Positions 14,378-28,054 are shown, numbered from the stretch's first letter. The stretch: 64,000 nucleotides of DNA from Eledone cirrhosa (GCA_964016885.1 OZ024744.1:70928001-70992000); one strand, 5' to 3'. Program-made: numbers and translations. Notes: generated by a model from the sequence alone, not told the origin.

Positions 14378-15101
14378 TGAGAGTAAACTTAGCAAAAACT
14401 AAAGTGTTAATAAGTAGGAAAGAAGACAAGGCTCTGATCTGATCAGGGAAATGGCCTTGCTCAGTTTGCTGAAAAGGAATAGGTAGAAACTATACTATGT
14501 ATGCAATGCAAATCTTGGATGCACAAGAGGTGTAGCAGGATAGCAGGAAGACTATGTAATAGATATCCAGGGAAAATTGATAGTAAGAGTGTCAGTGATA
14601 TACACATTTTTCAATCCTAGGTTGGATTCATAGAAGTAGTTAATAACAGTAGTTAGAATAAGAACAAGTTGGAAGAAGTTTAGAGAGCTACCACTCCTGT
14701 TGACAACAAAAGGTTTTCCCTGGAATCAAAAGGCCTGCTGTGTGTAATGCTGCATGGTAGTGAAACATGGGCAGTGACTGCTGAGGATATGAGAAGGCTG
14801 GAGAGAAATGAAGTGGACATGCTTTGATGAATGTGCAATGTCAATGTGTATGAACGACAGCATGGATGAACTGAGTATAAGAGGAATCAGATGGGTGCAG
14901 GAGAGAAGACCGATGGTATGGTGAACAAGTGCCAAGAAATCCCAGTGAAAGGAAACTGAAGTAGAGGAAAACCAAAACGGAAGTCATGAGAGCTGATCTC
15001 AAAGAAGAGATGACAAAAGATCACGAGTGGAAAGATGCTGTGCTGAAAAGACCCCTCTAACCGATGCAAGCATGGAACAGTGGTTGTAAAATGATGATGA
15101 T
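14378..15101 (+). mobile_element. Degenerate older RTE fragment
   Basis: Decayed KTKVLISRK..GKWPCSVC..HKRCS..HGSETWAV..RRLERNE motifs and a (TGA)n tail. Confidence 0.8.
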
Positions 15102-15104
15102 AGT

Positions 15105-15621
15105 CATCTCGCCAATTGCAACCCTGAGCACCTTTTTGATCTCCATGTGTCTAACACATGTGGACATGCCTACAAAATCAGAAAACAGCACAGCTCCCAT
15201 GACTTTCGTAGACATTTTTCACGCTCAAAGTTGCTGAAGCATGGAACAAACTGCCTGCGTCAGTTGTTAGCTGCCGAGACACTGCATCCTTTAAGACACT
15301 CATGCTTCCCGAAATACGCCAAAACTACACCTGATGTACCCCTTCCATACACATGCACACATGTGTGTATCATGACCCGTGCACTGTTCATTTTCCTGAT
15401 GTTTGTGCATTGCCCTATGTACTGTACATGCACTTTTTGATGAGTTGTGGTCCACCTGGGCACTGTACACAATATTTTATTATTATTATTATTATATCAT
15501 GACTCATACACTGTTCATTTTCCTGACATTTGTACATTATTCTATGTACTATACATGCACCTTTGATGAGTTGTAGTGCACCTGAGCACTGTACACAATA
15601 ATTTCATTATTATTATTATTA
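15105..15621 (+). mobile_element. Two tandem 3' ends of the same CR1 family, each ending in (ATT)n
   Basis: Matches 32240-32616; the second short copy starts right after the first copy's ATT tail (~15495). Confidence 0.85.
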
Positions 15622-17020
15622 TATATGCTGTAGTAGTCTATAAAATATATGATGTACACATTTGAAGCATTTATAATTGTATATATGCACTTACGAACAA
15701 TCTGTGATCCATACCAAAGTTTTAAATGACCATGACAAGTTTCATGCAACCAAGGATGTTACTTATTTTTTTAAATAAGACAATCTAAAATCCTTGCAAC
15801 AGCGTCACGGCTGGATTAAGTTCTTTTAATCCTTTAGCATTTAAACCAGCCAGAATTTTCTAACCTCTTTCTGTTCAAATCGGCCATAACTGGCCCCTCA
15901 TACCGACTTTAAGGTATTGTTCTCAAAATAGATAACATCAAAATCTTATAGATTTTAATATAATTGTTTCTACTTTTGGCACAAGGCCAGCAAAATACCC
16001 AGTACATTACTGGTACTTTATTTTATCGACCCTGTAAAGATGAAAGACAAAGTTAACCATGGCGGGATTTGAACTCAGTTCGTAAAGGGACGTAACTGTG
16101 CTGCAAAGCATGGTGTCTGACCCTCTACCAATACTGCCAATCCACCACCCTTATAGATCCAATATAATGTGAGATAAAGTGTTTACCGTGAAAATACAAT
16201 AGTATATGTAGAGTAATGTAAATGCTAAAGGTTTAAGACACTTAGCAGTTAAAAGTTTATGGTGTGTCCTTGGTCATTAAATAAAGTCTACAAAATCTTT
16301 TTTGGAATGAGAATTAAATTTAATTTGAATAAAATGATGTCCTCTTCCTATAATGCCATAAGCATGGGCTTATTTTGCTTAATCCAGTACTGGACCTAGT
16401 GAACACTGCTAAAAACACCCAAGGGCAAAGTTGTGATGTTAAGCTGAGCAATGGATTAAATCTAGCACCCCAAATATTGAAAATAAATCAATTTTAGTGA
16501 ATTTATCAAACACTTGCTTACTTTTGTTAATATGTCTGAAAATTCAAAACCAGCTTACAACATGGTATTTTTTTGTTTTGGCAGAGTCTTTAGAACATCA
16601 GATAGAATGCTTTGCAGTATTTGTTTCAGCTCTCTGCTCTCTGTGTTCAAATCACACCAAGGTCAACTTTGCCTTTCATCCTTTCATGGTTGATAAAAAA
16701 AGTACTAGTCTAGTACTGGGGTCGATTCTTCCTCTATATCTCTTTTTCACTTTCATTCTCTCCCTCACTTTATCCTTCTCTGGAAGAAACCTGCTGTATT
16801 CAGATCTTGAGAGGAGATGGACTCCACCAGGTTTTAAAGAGCCTTAGAAATGCTCTATGTCAATATGGCATTCCCATGGAATTACGGAACCATGCTTGCA
16901 TTCATGCATATCTATTGATTAACTCTTTCATTACCATATTTCTAATAAAATATTTTGATTAATTAATGAAGAATTTGGAGGGATTTACAAAACATTTAAT
17001 TATTTCATTATTAAGAAGAT

Positions 17021-17326
17021 CTGAGTTCAAATCCCGCCGAGGTTGACTTTGCCTTTCATCCTTACGGGGTCGATAAAATAAAGTACCAGTAATGCACTGG
17101 GTAATTGCTGGCCTTGTGCCTAAAGTAGAAACAATTATTAAGAAGATAAGGGGCGGTATATTGGTAGAGGGTCGGACACCATGCTTTCCAGCATAGTTAC
17201 GTCCCTTTACGGTCTGAGTTCAAATCCCGCCAAGGTTAACTTTGCCTTTCATCCTTACGGGGTCGATAAAATAAAGTACCAGTAATGTACTGGGTAATTG
17301 ATGGCCTTGTGCCAAATGTAGAAACT
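17021..17326 (+). mobile_element. Two tandem SINEs sharing a triplicated 14-bp TSD
   Basis: attattaagaagat at 17007, 17134 and 17327. Confidence 0.9.
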
Positions 17327-17371
17327 ATTATTAAGAAGATATTTGTTATATTACAAATATCTTCTCAAAGG

Positions 17372-17700
17372 CGATGACACACGACCGTAACCTCTGGCGT
17401 CACACAGTAATACAGAAGACCCAACTTCCCACGGGTACAAGCCGAAGCTGAAGCATATAGACAATATGCCCCCACCCCTCCCACTGTCAAGTGGATGTGT
17501 AGGTGCCACGGAAAAAAATCACCCAGCACTCACTGTAAATGAGGTTGGTGTTAGGAAGGGCATCCAGCTGTAGAAATCAAGCCAGAATCAGTTCCCGTAT
17601 GAGCAAGATAAGGTCAGCCGACTGGACACTGCCCACAACAGGACAACCCGTTTAACCCATGCTAGCTTGGAAGAATGGACATAAAACAGTGATGATGAGG
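17372..17700 (+). mobile_element. RTE LINE 3'-end fragment
   Basis: Matches the ORF end and 3' UTR of the 26.6 kb and 63.8 kb copies, and ends in gatgatga. Similar tails at ~3652-3720, 26135-26200, 48060-48270 and 59857-60050. Confidence 0.85.
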
Positions 17701-19829
17701 AGGAGGATGAACAAAAAGTTCTCATATGATATTAATTTAAATAGGAACCCTACAAAATGAATGGTTTTGTTTCATAGATGCTGAAGTAGTTTTAGGTAGC
17801 TTGGTATCAAAAGAGTTAAATGATTATCATTGAGCAGAATAAATACCACAAGATATTTTTATTGTATTAATTTATTGGCAATTCCTTGCTGAACTATCAC
17901 ATTTATTTTTATTTTAACCCTATTGATATCAAACTGTCTTGAAACCACCTTAGATTTTTGACACAGAACTGCTCATTTTAAAAAAATGTTTAACCTTATA
18001 TTAAAACCTTTCATTATAATTGTATTTTCGAATTTTTGTTAACCCTTCAGCATTTACATTAATCTATATTTACTATTGTATTTTCAGAGTAAAAGCTTTA
18101 TCTCACATAATATCAAATCTATGAGATTTTGATATTATTTAATTTGAGAACAATATCTTAACATCAATATGAGTGGCCAATTACAGCCAGTTTGAACTGA
18201 AAGATGTGAAAGAATTGCAGCCAGATATGGCTGGTTTAAATGCTAAGGGGTTAAGTAATGTTCTAAAAATCAGCTTTCTAAAGAAACACTTAATTATTTT
18301 ATTAAATTCTGCCAAATGTTTCTTTATTTTCAAAATTAATTGAAACAGAAAGGCAGTGTATTTCCTTAGAAATACAGTAATGAAATAGTTAAGTTTCTTA
18401 GCATGAGCTGATGAATAAAGAATTTGAATTTGAGATAGACACAAAGAAATTGCCAGGCAGCAGAAATATTATCGCCATCATTTTATATCCACTTTTCCAT
18501 ATTAAGTTGGATTCAACAATTTTAAAGATATCTAAGCTATGCCACACTAGTACAAAAAAAAAGGGTTCTTCTTCAAGTTGGGAAAATTTCATAAATTATT
18601 TTACATACAGGATTTTGCCCCTACCACAAACTTCTCATCATTTAATGTCTGTTTTCCCTGCAAGCAAGGGCTGGACAAGTTGTCACAGACCAAGTCCTTA
18701 GACCTTTCATGATTGCATTTCTAATGAAATACATTCAATTTTAATCAATTAATGAAAAATTTGGTGGGATTTACTAAAATTGTTATTTGTTTCATTGGTG
18801 AGATAGTATCTTAACATAAGTTCTTATATAAAATTATGTTGAAAGATTTTCATTTAAATTGCAAACCTTTAAAGGGTGTGGTTTTACTTCAGAGAACCAG
18901 AGCCACTTTTGGCCAGGCTGGTAACTAAAGGGTTAATCAGTGCCATTGACCTCTCAGTATTTTATAGAGTGTACTAGGTGTGTTTTATTATAACACCTGC
19001 ATTAGAGAAAATGCCATGTCTTTAACCCTTTGTTTGGTAAGTTTTCTATGACTGGATGCCCTTCATATCATCAGTATACTGAGTGTGGTTTATAGTGGCA
19101 CCAATACTAGGGAGAATGTCATGCCCTTGACACAACTGAAGACTTTTTTCAACCCTTTGTTTGGCAAGTTTTCTACACCAACCTCTTCGCAGTGAATTTT
19201 CCATGGCACCAGCACTAGAGAGGTTGCCATGTCCATAACATGACTGAAGAGTCCTTTTGGAATTTTTTGCATGGTTTATATGACTGCAAGCTCTCCCTAA
19301 AACCAATCACCTTACAGAATGTACTAGGTACACTGGAGAGGTTGACAGTAATTGACTCAACTGAAAAGTGTTCTCTACCCTATGGGGAAGTGATGACTTC
19401 TTCAAAAAGACACGTTAGGGAGAGGGGGCGGGGTAAGAAGGACAGTAAGTATGATATCAAGAGTGAGTGGCATGTGATAAAGGAGGATGACAAGTATGAT
19501 GTCATGATTTATGACAAGTGTGGTGAGATTTAAAGGGGTGGTGTACATGAAAAAAAGGGTGTCATGGATGTATGACTATTGTGGTGGGATTTGACAGAGT
19601 GATATATGAGAGAGAATGTGTGGAGTTGCCTTCAGAGTGGAGGTTACAATAATGAGAACAAATACTAAGAAGCAAACATTGGTGTGGTGGGATTTAGCAG
19701 GGCAATGCAAGGGAGGAGGTGTAAAGTGATGGAGAGAATAATTGCTAAGGAGCGAATATGGAAGGAGGCATAAATGTGTCAGGTCACATTTGCAGTTTTT
19801 TATAGTGGTAGGCAAGTCATCTCTAATAC

Positions 19830-20690
19830 ATGTCACCAATCCTTTGGGATCACTGTCTTGAGGTTCAGCTTCTTAATATCAGTCTTCATCACTTCATCCC
19901 AAAGTCTTCTTAGGTCTACCTCTTCCATGATTCCCACACACTGAGATTTCTCTGTAGTTCTTTATACAGTTGTCATTTTCCAAATGCATCATATATCCAA
20001 TTTGTCGTATATTTTGTTTGTCTCTCAGCTCATTTATGCTGTGATAATTATGCACACTAACATTACACATCCATCAGAGCATACTCATTTCTTTTTTTTT
20101 TTCCTAGCCTTCACAGATCTTCTGAAGTCAAGGCCAATGTCTTACTGTTATGCATCTTTGCAGTACACATACAAGCATCATACAGTCTACCCTTCACTCA
20201 AAAAGAGAAGCCCTTTGTTATCAGCAGAGGTATTGGTTCCCTAAACTTCTCCCAGTCTGTTATAACTCTAACTACTACACTTTCAGAGCACCCTTCTCTA
20301 CTGCTGATTAAGTCACTTAGGTAACAAGTGATCTCAACAACTTCTAAGGAACTGCCTGGTCATTTGCGGGAATCCATCTCACATATACCTTTAGTACTTA
20401 TTTCTCCTATGCATCTGCTGCATACAAAGTTTGCCATCTCAGTTAGCCTACCTGTAATGCCACAATCTCTCTTAAGCACCCATAGATTTCACTACTTGTA
20501 ACTTATGGTATATCTGCCCATTCCTTTTCAACATTGAGCAAGACCATCACCCTCAGCAACATCAAGGTCTTGTTTTCTTTCCCACTTATTAAGATCTTAG
20601 TCTTTGGTAAGTTTACTTTTAAGCCTTTTGATTCTAAATTTTTCTTCCATGTCTGGAATTTTGCCCCTAACTCTTCTATCTAGTCACCTA
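19830..20690 (-). mobile_element. Degenerate older RTE fragment
   Basis: The minus strand resembles the RT C-terminal part of the RTE ORF, with many stops and frameshifts. Confidence 0.7.
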
Positions 20691-21059
20691 TCAAGGAAAT
20701 GAGGAGAGAAACCTGGTGCCAGACACACTTAGCTAGAAGTGAACTACAAAGTAAGAAGTTTTCGCATGTTTTATATTATGAAGATCAATGGCATGTGTTG
20801 ATCTGGACTGTGAGACAGTGAGCTAGGGAAAAGAACATTTGAAATGACAGTGGTATACTTGCTCTCGTTGATGCTGAAAAGAAGGAAGCGGGGAAGTGCC
20901 GTTATAAAAGAGTGTTGAATGAAGAAAATGTATGGTAAAAGGAAGGACTGGCCTTCTAAATTAGTAGCAGTTGAGTAAGTAATGCAATTAAAAATAGAAA
21001 GAGAGGCAAGGCAATTGGACCACCAGAGATAGTTACTGAGATGCTGAAAAATAGCTAGT

Positions 21060-21885
21060 ATATTAGGCCATGTGCTAGCCATACAGATAGTAAGTCATGT
21101 ATTAAAGGATGGCATCGTAACCAATAACTAATGTAACATCATCATTGTTAACTGCTATAAGAGCAAAGGAGAGACTGCTCTGGGCAGAGGGAACTATGGA
21201 GGCATTGAGTTTATGGACCTATGGAATTAAGCAGGATGAGATGCAGTATGGTTTCATGTTGGGAAGAGGTATCAATAAGACCATTTTCCTTCCAAGATGG
21301 CTGCAGGAGTGTTACTTAGCTAAGAGTAAGCCTCTTTACTTATCATTTGTTGACAGAGAAAGCTTTCATTAGAATACTCTACTCTGTAATCTGGTGGGCT
21401 CTTCAGAAACTAGAGGTAGATTAATAACATGTGAGGGTTATACCGGCCATATATAAAGATGATAAAGGTGCAGTTAGCAAAGTTAAAGCTAACAATGAGT
21501 ACAGTGATGAATTTAGCATGTAAGTAGGGGTCCATCAAGGCTCAGTCCTCAGTTCACTTCTATTTATTATAGTCTTCCAAGCTATAACAGAGGAGTTTCA
21601 GATGGTCTGCTTTTTATATGCTAATGCATTAGTCCTCATAGCAGAATTAGAGAAGAAATTCTTGATATGGAAATGAAACCTGGAATCAAAAGGACTCAGG
21701 ATGAACTTAGCAAAGACTCAAGTCATATTAAAAAGGAATGAAAACAAAGGTAAATGGTAAGCAGAAAAAAGGTTGGTAAGAACTCCATAATATATACAAA
21801 ATGTAAACTATGGGTTCACAAGCAATTAATCAGGATCTTGTGCAGGCTAACAAAGAATGTAGACTTCCTATATGGCAGATGCACA
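21060..21885 (+). mobile_element. Degenerate RTE RT fragment, followed at 21886-22010 by three ~48-bp RTE 3'UTR repeat units in opposite orientation
   Basis: DEMQYGF..LQECYLAKSKPLYLSFVD, GVHQGSVLS and KCKLWVHK remnants. Confidence 0.8.
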
Positions 21886-22778
21886 GTGGCACCTCCACGT
21901 CCACTTTACAGTGTGGGCTGGGTGCTTTTTTGCCGTGGCACCTACATGACCACTTTACAGTGTGGGCTGGGTGCTTTTTTGCCGTGGCACCTCCACGTCC
22001 ACTTTGCAGTGGAATGATAGGGACCCCAGTCCCTATCATCTCATTCCTACAGCTGAGTAAACTGGAGCAATGTGAAATAAAGTGTCTTGCTCAAGGAAAC
22101 AACACATCACCCGGTCTGAGAATTGAACTCACAACCTTTCGATTGCAAGCCTAATCCCGAGATATATACATTATACATTCCCACGCAAATCCGTTTAAGC
22201 ACTATGTAACATATTGTGTCTGCTTCTATATACAGTTCGTATTTGCAACATACAATTTCTATAAAATCATCGAGCATGTGGAAAGCAGCGACCCTAGGTG
22301 ATATCTAATTGTCTGGCTTGTTATAATTATTGTATATAATTATTATATAGGTGCATGGCTGAGTGGTTAGAGAATTGGACCCGCAATCCTGAGGTTCTGT
22401 GTTCGATTCCTGTACCAGGTGATTCATTATGTCCTTCAGCAAGACACTTTATTTCACGTTGCTCTTTCTTCCTGGACTTGCCACCAGTAGATAGTATTAG
22501 TAATTGGAAAGATCAATGGAAACATTGTTTCCTCAGTGCGATTTGACTAGGTCTGGGATCTTGTTGATCGACTGTTGATAAGATGGTTATATACACATAC
22601 ACATATATATTAAAATGGCCGTTTAAAATAACATAGTGCTTAAAACACTCAAACATTAACTGAATGAACCCCCAATAAATTCTATTTTCTCAGCAGAAAA
22701 GTCACCCTGACTTTTTCAAGTCTAAGCTTGGTCATCATCTTAAATATATACTATTATATATTATATATTATATATTAG

Positions 22779-23143
22779 AAGGCGGTGGATTGGTAGTATC
22801 TATAGAGCGTTGGACACCATGCCTGGCAGCATAGAGTTATGGCCCTTTACGTTCTGAGTTCAAATCCTGCTGAGGTTAACTTTGCCTTTCATCCTGACAG
22901 GGGTCGATAAAATAAAGCACCAGTAATGCACTGGGGTCGATTTAATCGACTTTCCCCTCCCCTTCAAATTGCTGGCCTTGTGCCTAAAGTAGAATCAATT
23001 ATATTATATTATATTCATGCTTTGCAGCATAGAGTTACAGCCCTTTATGGTCTGATTTCAAATCCCACCGAGGTTAACTTAAAATAAAGCACCAGTAATA
23101 CATTGGAATAATTGCTGGCCTTGTGCCAAATGTAGAAACAATT
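22779..23143 (+). mobile_element. Tandem SINE pair (long variant plus short variant)
   Basis: A box TGGTAGTATCTATAG, B box GAGTTCAAATCC, core gcctttcatcct..ggggtcgataaaataaag, tail ggccttgtgcctaaagtagaa. Confidence 0.88.
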
Positions 23144-23260
23144 ATATTATATTAATTATTTCATATTCGATCATATTCAAACAAAGATAATTCAAGTAAA
23201 TTGAATCAAACAGAAAATGTGCATTTATTTCTTTTCCACAAAACTCAAATCTTGTCTAAA

Positions 23261-23890
23261 TCTCTATATATAAAGTTGTAGTTCCTGTCTGTTTGTTTGT
23301 TTGTTCATGAACTCCTCCTATGGTTTTGGAGATGGACCCCCCATAACCATATATATTCTGAAACTACATGCCCAGGGTACTTGGATAAGTATATTTCATT
23401 TTAATCAAATGAACCTCCGCTGAAAATCTTTTCCCTTCGATTTATATGAAATTTAAACCATAGGTAAATGACAAGATATAATACCTATTCACAAAATTTC
23501 AGCAAATTTCAATAATATTAAGACACCCTAATGGGGGTTAAACCTCCTATAGTGAAAATTTTGGAAGCCCATAACTTGAGTATTGGAACTTTGAATTTCT
23601 AATTTGAAAATAATGCTTTACACAAAAATGAAATGATCAAGTTTTGAATTGATATTTTGAAAAAAATCATTTACAAGAAACAAAATAAAAATAAGATTTA
23701 ATAATGTAATTTTGATTTGATATATTACAAAAAATAATGTTTTCCAATTTTTCATGCATTACATTTTACATTGAGTAATATTGAAATGCAGAGTTTTCCT
23801 CCATAAATTATATCACTGATTTAAAATCAATCATCATTTTCTTACAAAAAAAATGTGTGAAACCTAGCAAGGTGTGGGTAATTCGGCTAG
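23261..23890 (+). mobile_element. Non-autonomous Helitron (different family)
   Basis: A|TCTCTATATATAAAG, (GTTT)n, ...gggtaattcggCTAG|T. Confidence 0.7.
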
Positions 23891-23974
23891 TTGTAAATAT
23901 TGTTAAAAGAAAAAGGTGAAATTATAAAGAAGAAAATCATACAAATAAAATTTATTTATTTATTTATTTATTTA

Positions 23975-24017
<43 letters not shown>

Positions 24018-24033
24018 ATGTGTGTGTGCATGG

Positions 24034-24071
<38 letters not shown>

Positions 24072-24181
24072 GCATATGTGTGAGAGTGTATGTCTGTGTG
24101 CATTTATGTCTTTATGCATTTACTTCTACATTGTTTTGTTATTACGCATAATGCACTATCAAAGACTATTCTTGGAGTTCT

Positions 24182-24276
24182 TTAAAAATATTCTGGATGC
24201 TTGGTAATAAAGGGTTGTTTGAGCTTGATGTCTTTAAAACGAACATTCGTATCATTCATGCTGTTTGATGTGGCGT
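24182..24276 (-). CDS. Host gene terminal coding exon D ((Y)ATSNSMNDTNVRFKDIKLKQPFITKHPEYF*)
   Basis: Acceptor tcatttttgtatttccAG. Phase 1 joins exon C in frame to TAA at 24184-24182. AATAAA repeats lie downstream on the minus strand (~23950-23977). Confidence 0.7.
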
Positions 24277-24850
24277 CTGGAAATACAAAAATGACAATTA
24301 CATATATCATCTGTATGATTGTGTCTGGCTCATACAGAATGGTTTCTGGCTTGATTTCTACGGCTGGATGCCCTTCCTAACACCAACCACATTTACCCTT
24401 ACATAATTAATACTCTGTTACACAGTGGTTTTTTAAATTTTGTTGCAAACCCCTTACACGATTTTCCAAAAATTCTCAGAAACCATACTTTTATTTTAAC
24501 CATTTTGATACCTGCCTGCCCCCAAAACTATCTCTGGTTCTATGTAACAAAACCCATCCATTTTAAAGCGTTCATATTTAAACAAAAACCTACCAGCGTT
24601 ATTTGATATAAGAACCTTTCATTAAGTTATATTACAAAAACCATCCTAGAAATGAAATAATTAACAATTTTAGGTGAACCCTTCCAAATTCTTCCTTAAT
24701 TAATTCAAATAAAATGTATTTTAGAAATATGGTAATGTAAGGTTTAAGAAGAAACACCACCTCCTGAATGTTAACACAAAGAGGTTGAATGAAACTAATT
24801 GTTCTGGAGAGAGAATTTATTCAGTAAAAAAAGGCATAAATTTCTATCTA

Positions 24851-25032
24851 TTGTATATACTCAAATATAAGCTGATCTGAATATAAGCCGGCTCCTCTTA
24901 TTTTATATCTGAGAAATAGGTAAACAGCCAAACCTTGTTTATAAGCCAGGGTAGATAAATATAAGCTGACACCCCATTTTACCATCAATTTTTTTGTCAC
25001 ATATACCTCGGCTAATATTCGTGTATATACGG
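24851..25032. mobile_element. pogo/Tigger-like MITE
   Basis: TA flanks; the right TIR cggctaatattcgtgtatatacgg matches a decayed left ttgtatatactcaaatataagctg. Confidence 0.7.
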
Positions 25033-25718
25033 TAATTTTACTATAAAAGGCACCTTACCTCACAAAACAGTAAGATTTTTAAGTGGAAAAAATCCCCACT
25101 TTAACCCCTTTGTTGCTATATCTCTAATGAAACGCACTGTCAATGTGTTTCTCTTAATTTTGAAAATAATAAAAAATTTTAAGGACTAATTTTAATAACT
25201 AACTTTCATCCCCCTTGATGAGACAGGAGTGCATGACTTAATATGTTTCCTTTCTGGTATGATTTCTATGGCTGGATCCCTTTCTAAATGTTAACCACCT
25301 TGCAGAGTGTACTGTGGGCATTTTATCATAGCACCAGCACTAGAGAGGTTGTCATGAGTTTGATTTGATTGAAGAGTCCTCTCTACTCTTTTCAGCATGG
25401 TTGCTATAGCTGAATGTCTTTCCTAACTCCAATCACTTTACAGATTGTACTAGGTGCCTTTTATCATAGAGCCAGCATTAGAGAGGCTGTCAAGTCTTTG
25501 GCATGACAGAAGAGACCTCCAAATCCTGTTGTTATCATTTGAATGCCAACCACTTTACACACCTGCAGTTAGCCATTCAAACAGGTCTCTCATCCTGATA
25601 CCACCAGTCTTGGTGGTGCCAATGTTGATGGTGGTAATGATAGTGATGATAGAGATGATAGTGATAATGGTGGTGGGGATGATGGTGATGCCAAAAATTT
25701 TAAAGGAAACAACCGAAC

Positions 25719-25875
25719 ATTTTAGAGGAGGTTTCTCGTAATCTTCCTTTTGTGGAGCAAAGTTCTGCTGTCGTATACTCAGTTGACCAAGAGTGGGTTG
25801 AATTTGGAATCGGTCTGGATCATCCTGTCGTTTTTTCATCCTTAATTCCATATGGCGATCAATAATTTTCTGTGC
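25719..25875 (-). CDS. Host gene internal exon C (AQKIIDRHMELRMKKRQDDPDRF...YEKPPLK)
   Basis: Acceptor ttgtcttttttcctAG with a phase-0 start matching exon B. The 3' end is at a weak donor T|GTTCGG (phase 1); an alternative phase-1 donor G|GTGTGT lies at 25563. Confidence 0.7.
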
Positions 25876-25934
25876 CTAGGAAAAAAGACAATTAAAAAAA
25901 TAATTAGATACACATAAGCACATTCATGCTTATA

Positions 25935-26108
25935 TCTATATATCTAAAACAGAATGAATAAGGCGGCCAAACGAATCGTCAGTGGAATCTGCTATTCGAT
26001 GGTTGCAAGGCCGAGGTATTCCGTACTTCTCTGTACTGTTTCAGAAAGGAGGGATAAACATGCCATGCTATGTTTAGAATCCCGAGCAACGCTGGGCCAT
26101 TCTGCTAG
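25935..26108 (+). mobile_element. 174-bp mini-Helitron with the same termini as 46558-47209
   Basis: A|TCTATATATCTAAAACAGA...cccgagcaacgctgggccattctgCTAG|T. Confidence 0.85.
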
Positions 26109-26586
26109 TATATATATAAAACAAAATCTGTTTCATCATCATCTTCATCATCATCATCATTTTACATCCGCTTTTCTCTGCTTGCAAGGGTTGGACGGGC
26201 CCTATTCAGCACAGCATCTCTCCACTTGTCACGGTGCTTCGTCATCTCTTCAGTGAGTTTCAGCAATCTGAAGTGTGCTCTCACCACCTCCACCCATGTT
26301 TTACGTGGATACCTAAATGTATTCGTGAGTGAATAATAATAATATAATAATAATATAATATTATAAATATTCAGAACTGTTTACAAGCAAACAACCTCAT
26401 AAACACCTTGTGTTAGATGACTAACATCATCCTTTTGTTCCAGCAATTGACAATTGTTTCGGAGTGTTTTGTTCCTTATAAAAATTGTGTATTCTCATTG
26501 CTGCTACCCACTGGAACTGCTGAAAATACATAGTATTTTCAAATGTATACATCAGCTGATTAGCCTCATTTGCATATATAGATATA

Positions 26587-27935
26587 TCATCATCATCATC
26601 TTCATCACCGCTTTACGTCCGTTCTTCCACGCTAGCTTGGGTTAGACGGGTTGTCCTGTTGTGGGCAGTGTCCAGTCGGCTGACCATGCCTTGCTCATAC
26701 GGGAACTGATTCTGGCTTGATTTCTACAGCTGGATGCCCTTCCTAGCACCAACCTCATTTACAGTGAGTGCTGGGTGCTTTTTTTCTGTGGCGCCTACAC
26801 ATCCACTTTACAGTGTGGGCTGGGTGCTTTTTTGCCGTGGCACCTCCACGACTACTTTGCAGTGGGAGGGGGTGGGGAAATATTGTCTATATGCTTCAGC
26901 TTCGGCTTGTATCTGTGGAGGGGGGGGGGGGGGGGAGGCGGTTCTTCTGTATTACTGCGTGACGGCAGAGGTCATAGTCGTGTGTCATTGCCTTTGAGAG
27001 TTGTAATTGGGTAAGGTCGGCTTTTATCACCTCATCCCAGTTTTTCTTGGGTCTCCCCACTCCACGGCTTCTATTGACTTCTAGTGCTCTGCACCTTTTT
27101 ATGCAGTTGTCATCCTTCATACGCATCACATGTCCATACCAGCGCAACCGCCTCTCCTGCACATAGCATTTGATTCCTCTTATGCTCAGTCTCTCTCTCA
27201 ATTCGTTTATGTTTTGCTGTTCGCGTATATTACTATTACACATCCATCGGATGTGTAATAGTAATATACGCAAGTCTTCTACCTTCAGCGCCCAGGTCTC
27301 ACTGCCATGTAACATTGCTGTTCGTATACACGCATCATACAGTCTGCCTTTCATTTTGAGGGAAAAGGCTTTTGCAGCTAGCAGTGGCAGTAGTTCCCTG
27401 AACTTCTTCCATCCCGTTCTTACCCTAGTTATTGTACTTCCCGAACACCCACCTCCGCTGCTAATTCGGTCACCTAGGTAGCAGAATCTGTCTACTGTTT
27501 CTACAGAGCCCTCCCAGAGATTGGTGGTACTTGTTTCCTGTGGCTGTTTGCTGCTTGCTGTCCCAGCACAGCTGCTACATGTGAAGCCTACATTCTTAAT
27601 TAAGCTTCCTGAGATCCCGCTACATCTCTTGTGTACCCATTGTTTGTATTTGGGGCAGAGAACAGAGTTTCTACCTACACCTTTCCTACACACTCAACAA
27701 GGCCATTTCCCTGAGGGGATCTGGGTTCTGTTTTCTCGTCTACTTACAAGGACCTTAGTCTTTGTCAGGTTGACTTTAAGACCCTTTCTTTCTAGTCCTT
27801 GCTTCCAAGTTTCAAATTTCTTCTCTAGTTCTACCATAGATTCAGCTATAAGTGCGAGGTCATCTGCATACAGGAGTTCCTATGGGCATCCGGTCTTAAA
27901 CTCCTCTGTTATTGCCTGCAGAACTATGATGAACA

Positions 27936-27937
<2 letters not shown>
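26587..27937 (-). mobile_element. 5'-truncated copy of the same RTE family with (TGA)n tail
   Basis: ORF 26896-27693 is almost identical in translation to the C-terminus of 60752-63853, with the same 3' UTR. Confidence 0.95.
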
Positions 27938-28014
<77 letters not shown>

Positions 28015-28054
28015 CTTGCGAGCAGGGAAAAGCGGACGTAAAATGATGATGATG

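Noticed and set aside
22352-22420. tRNA gene
   Set aside because: A and B boxes are present but run into a SINE body, with no intact cloverleaf or terminator.
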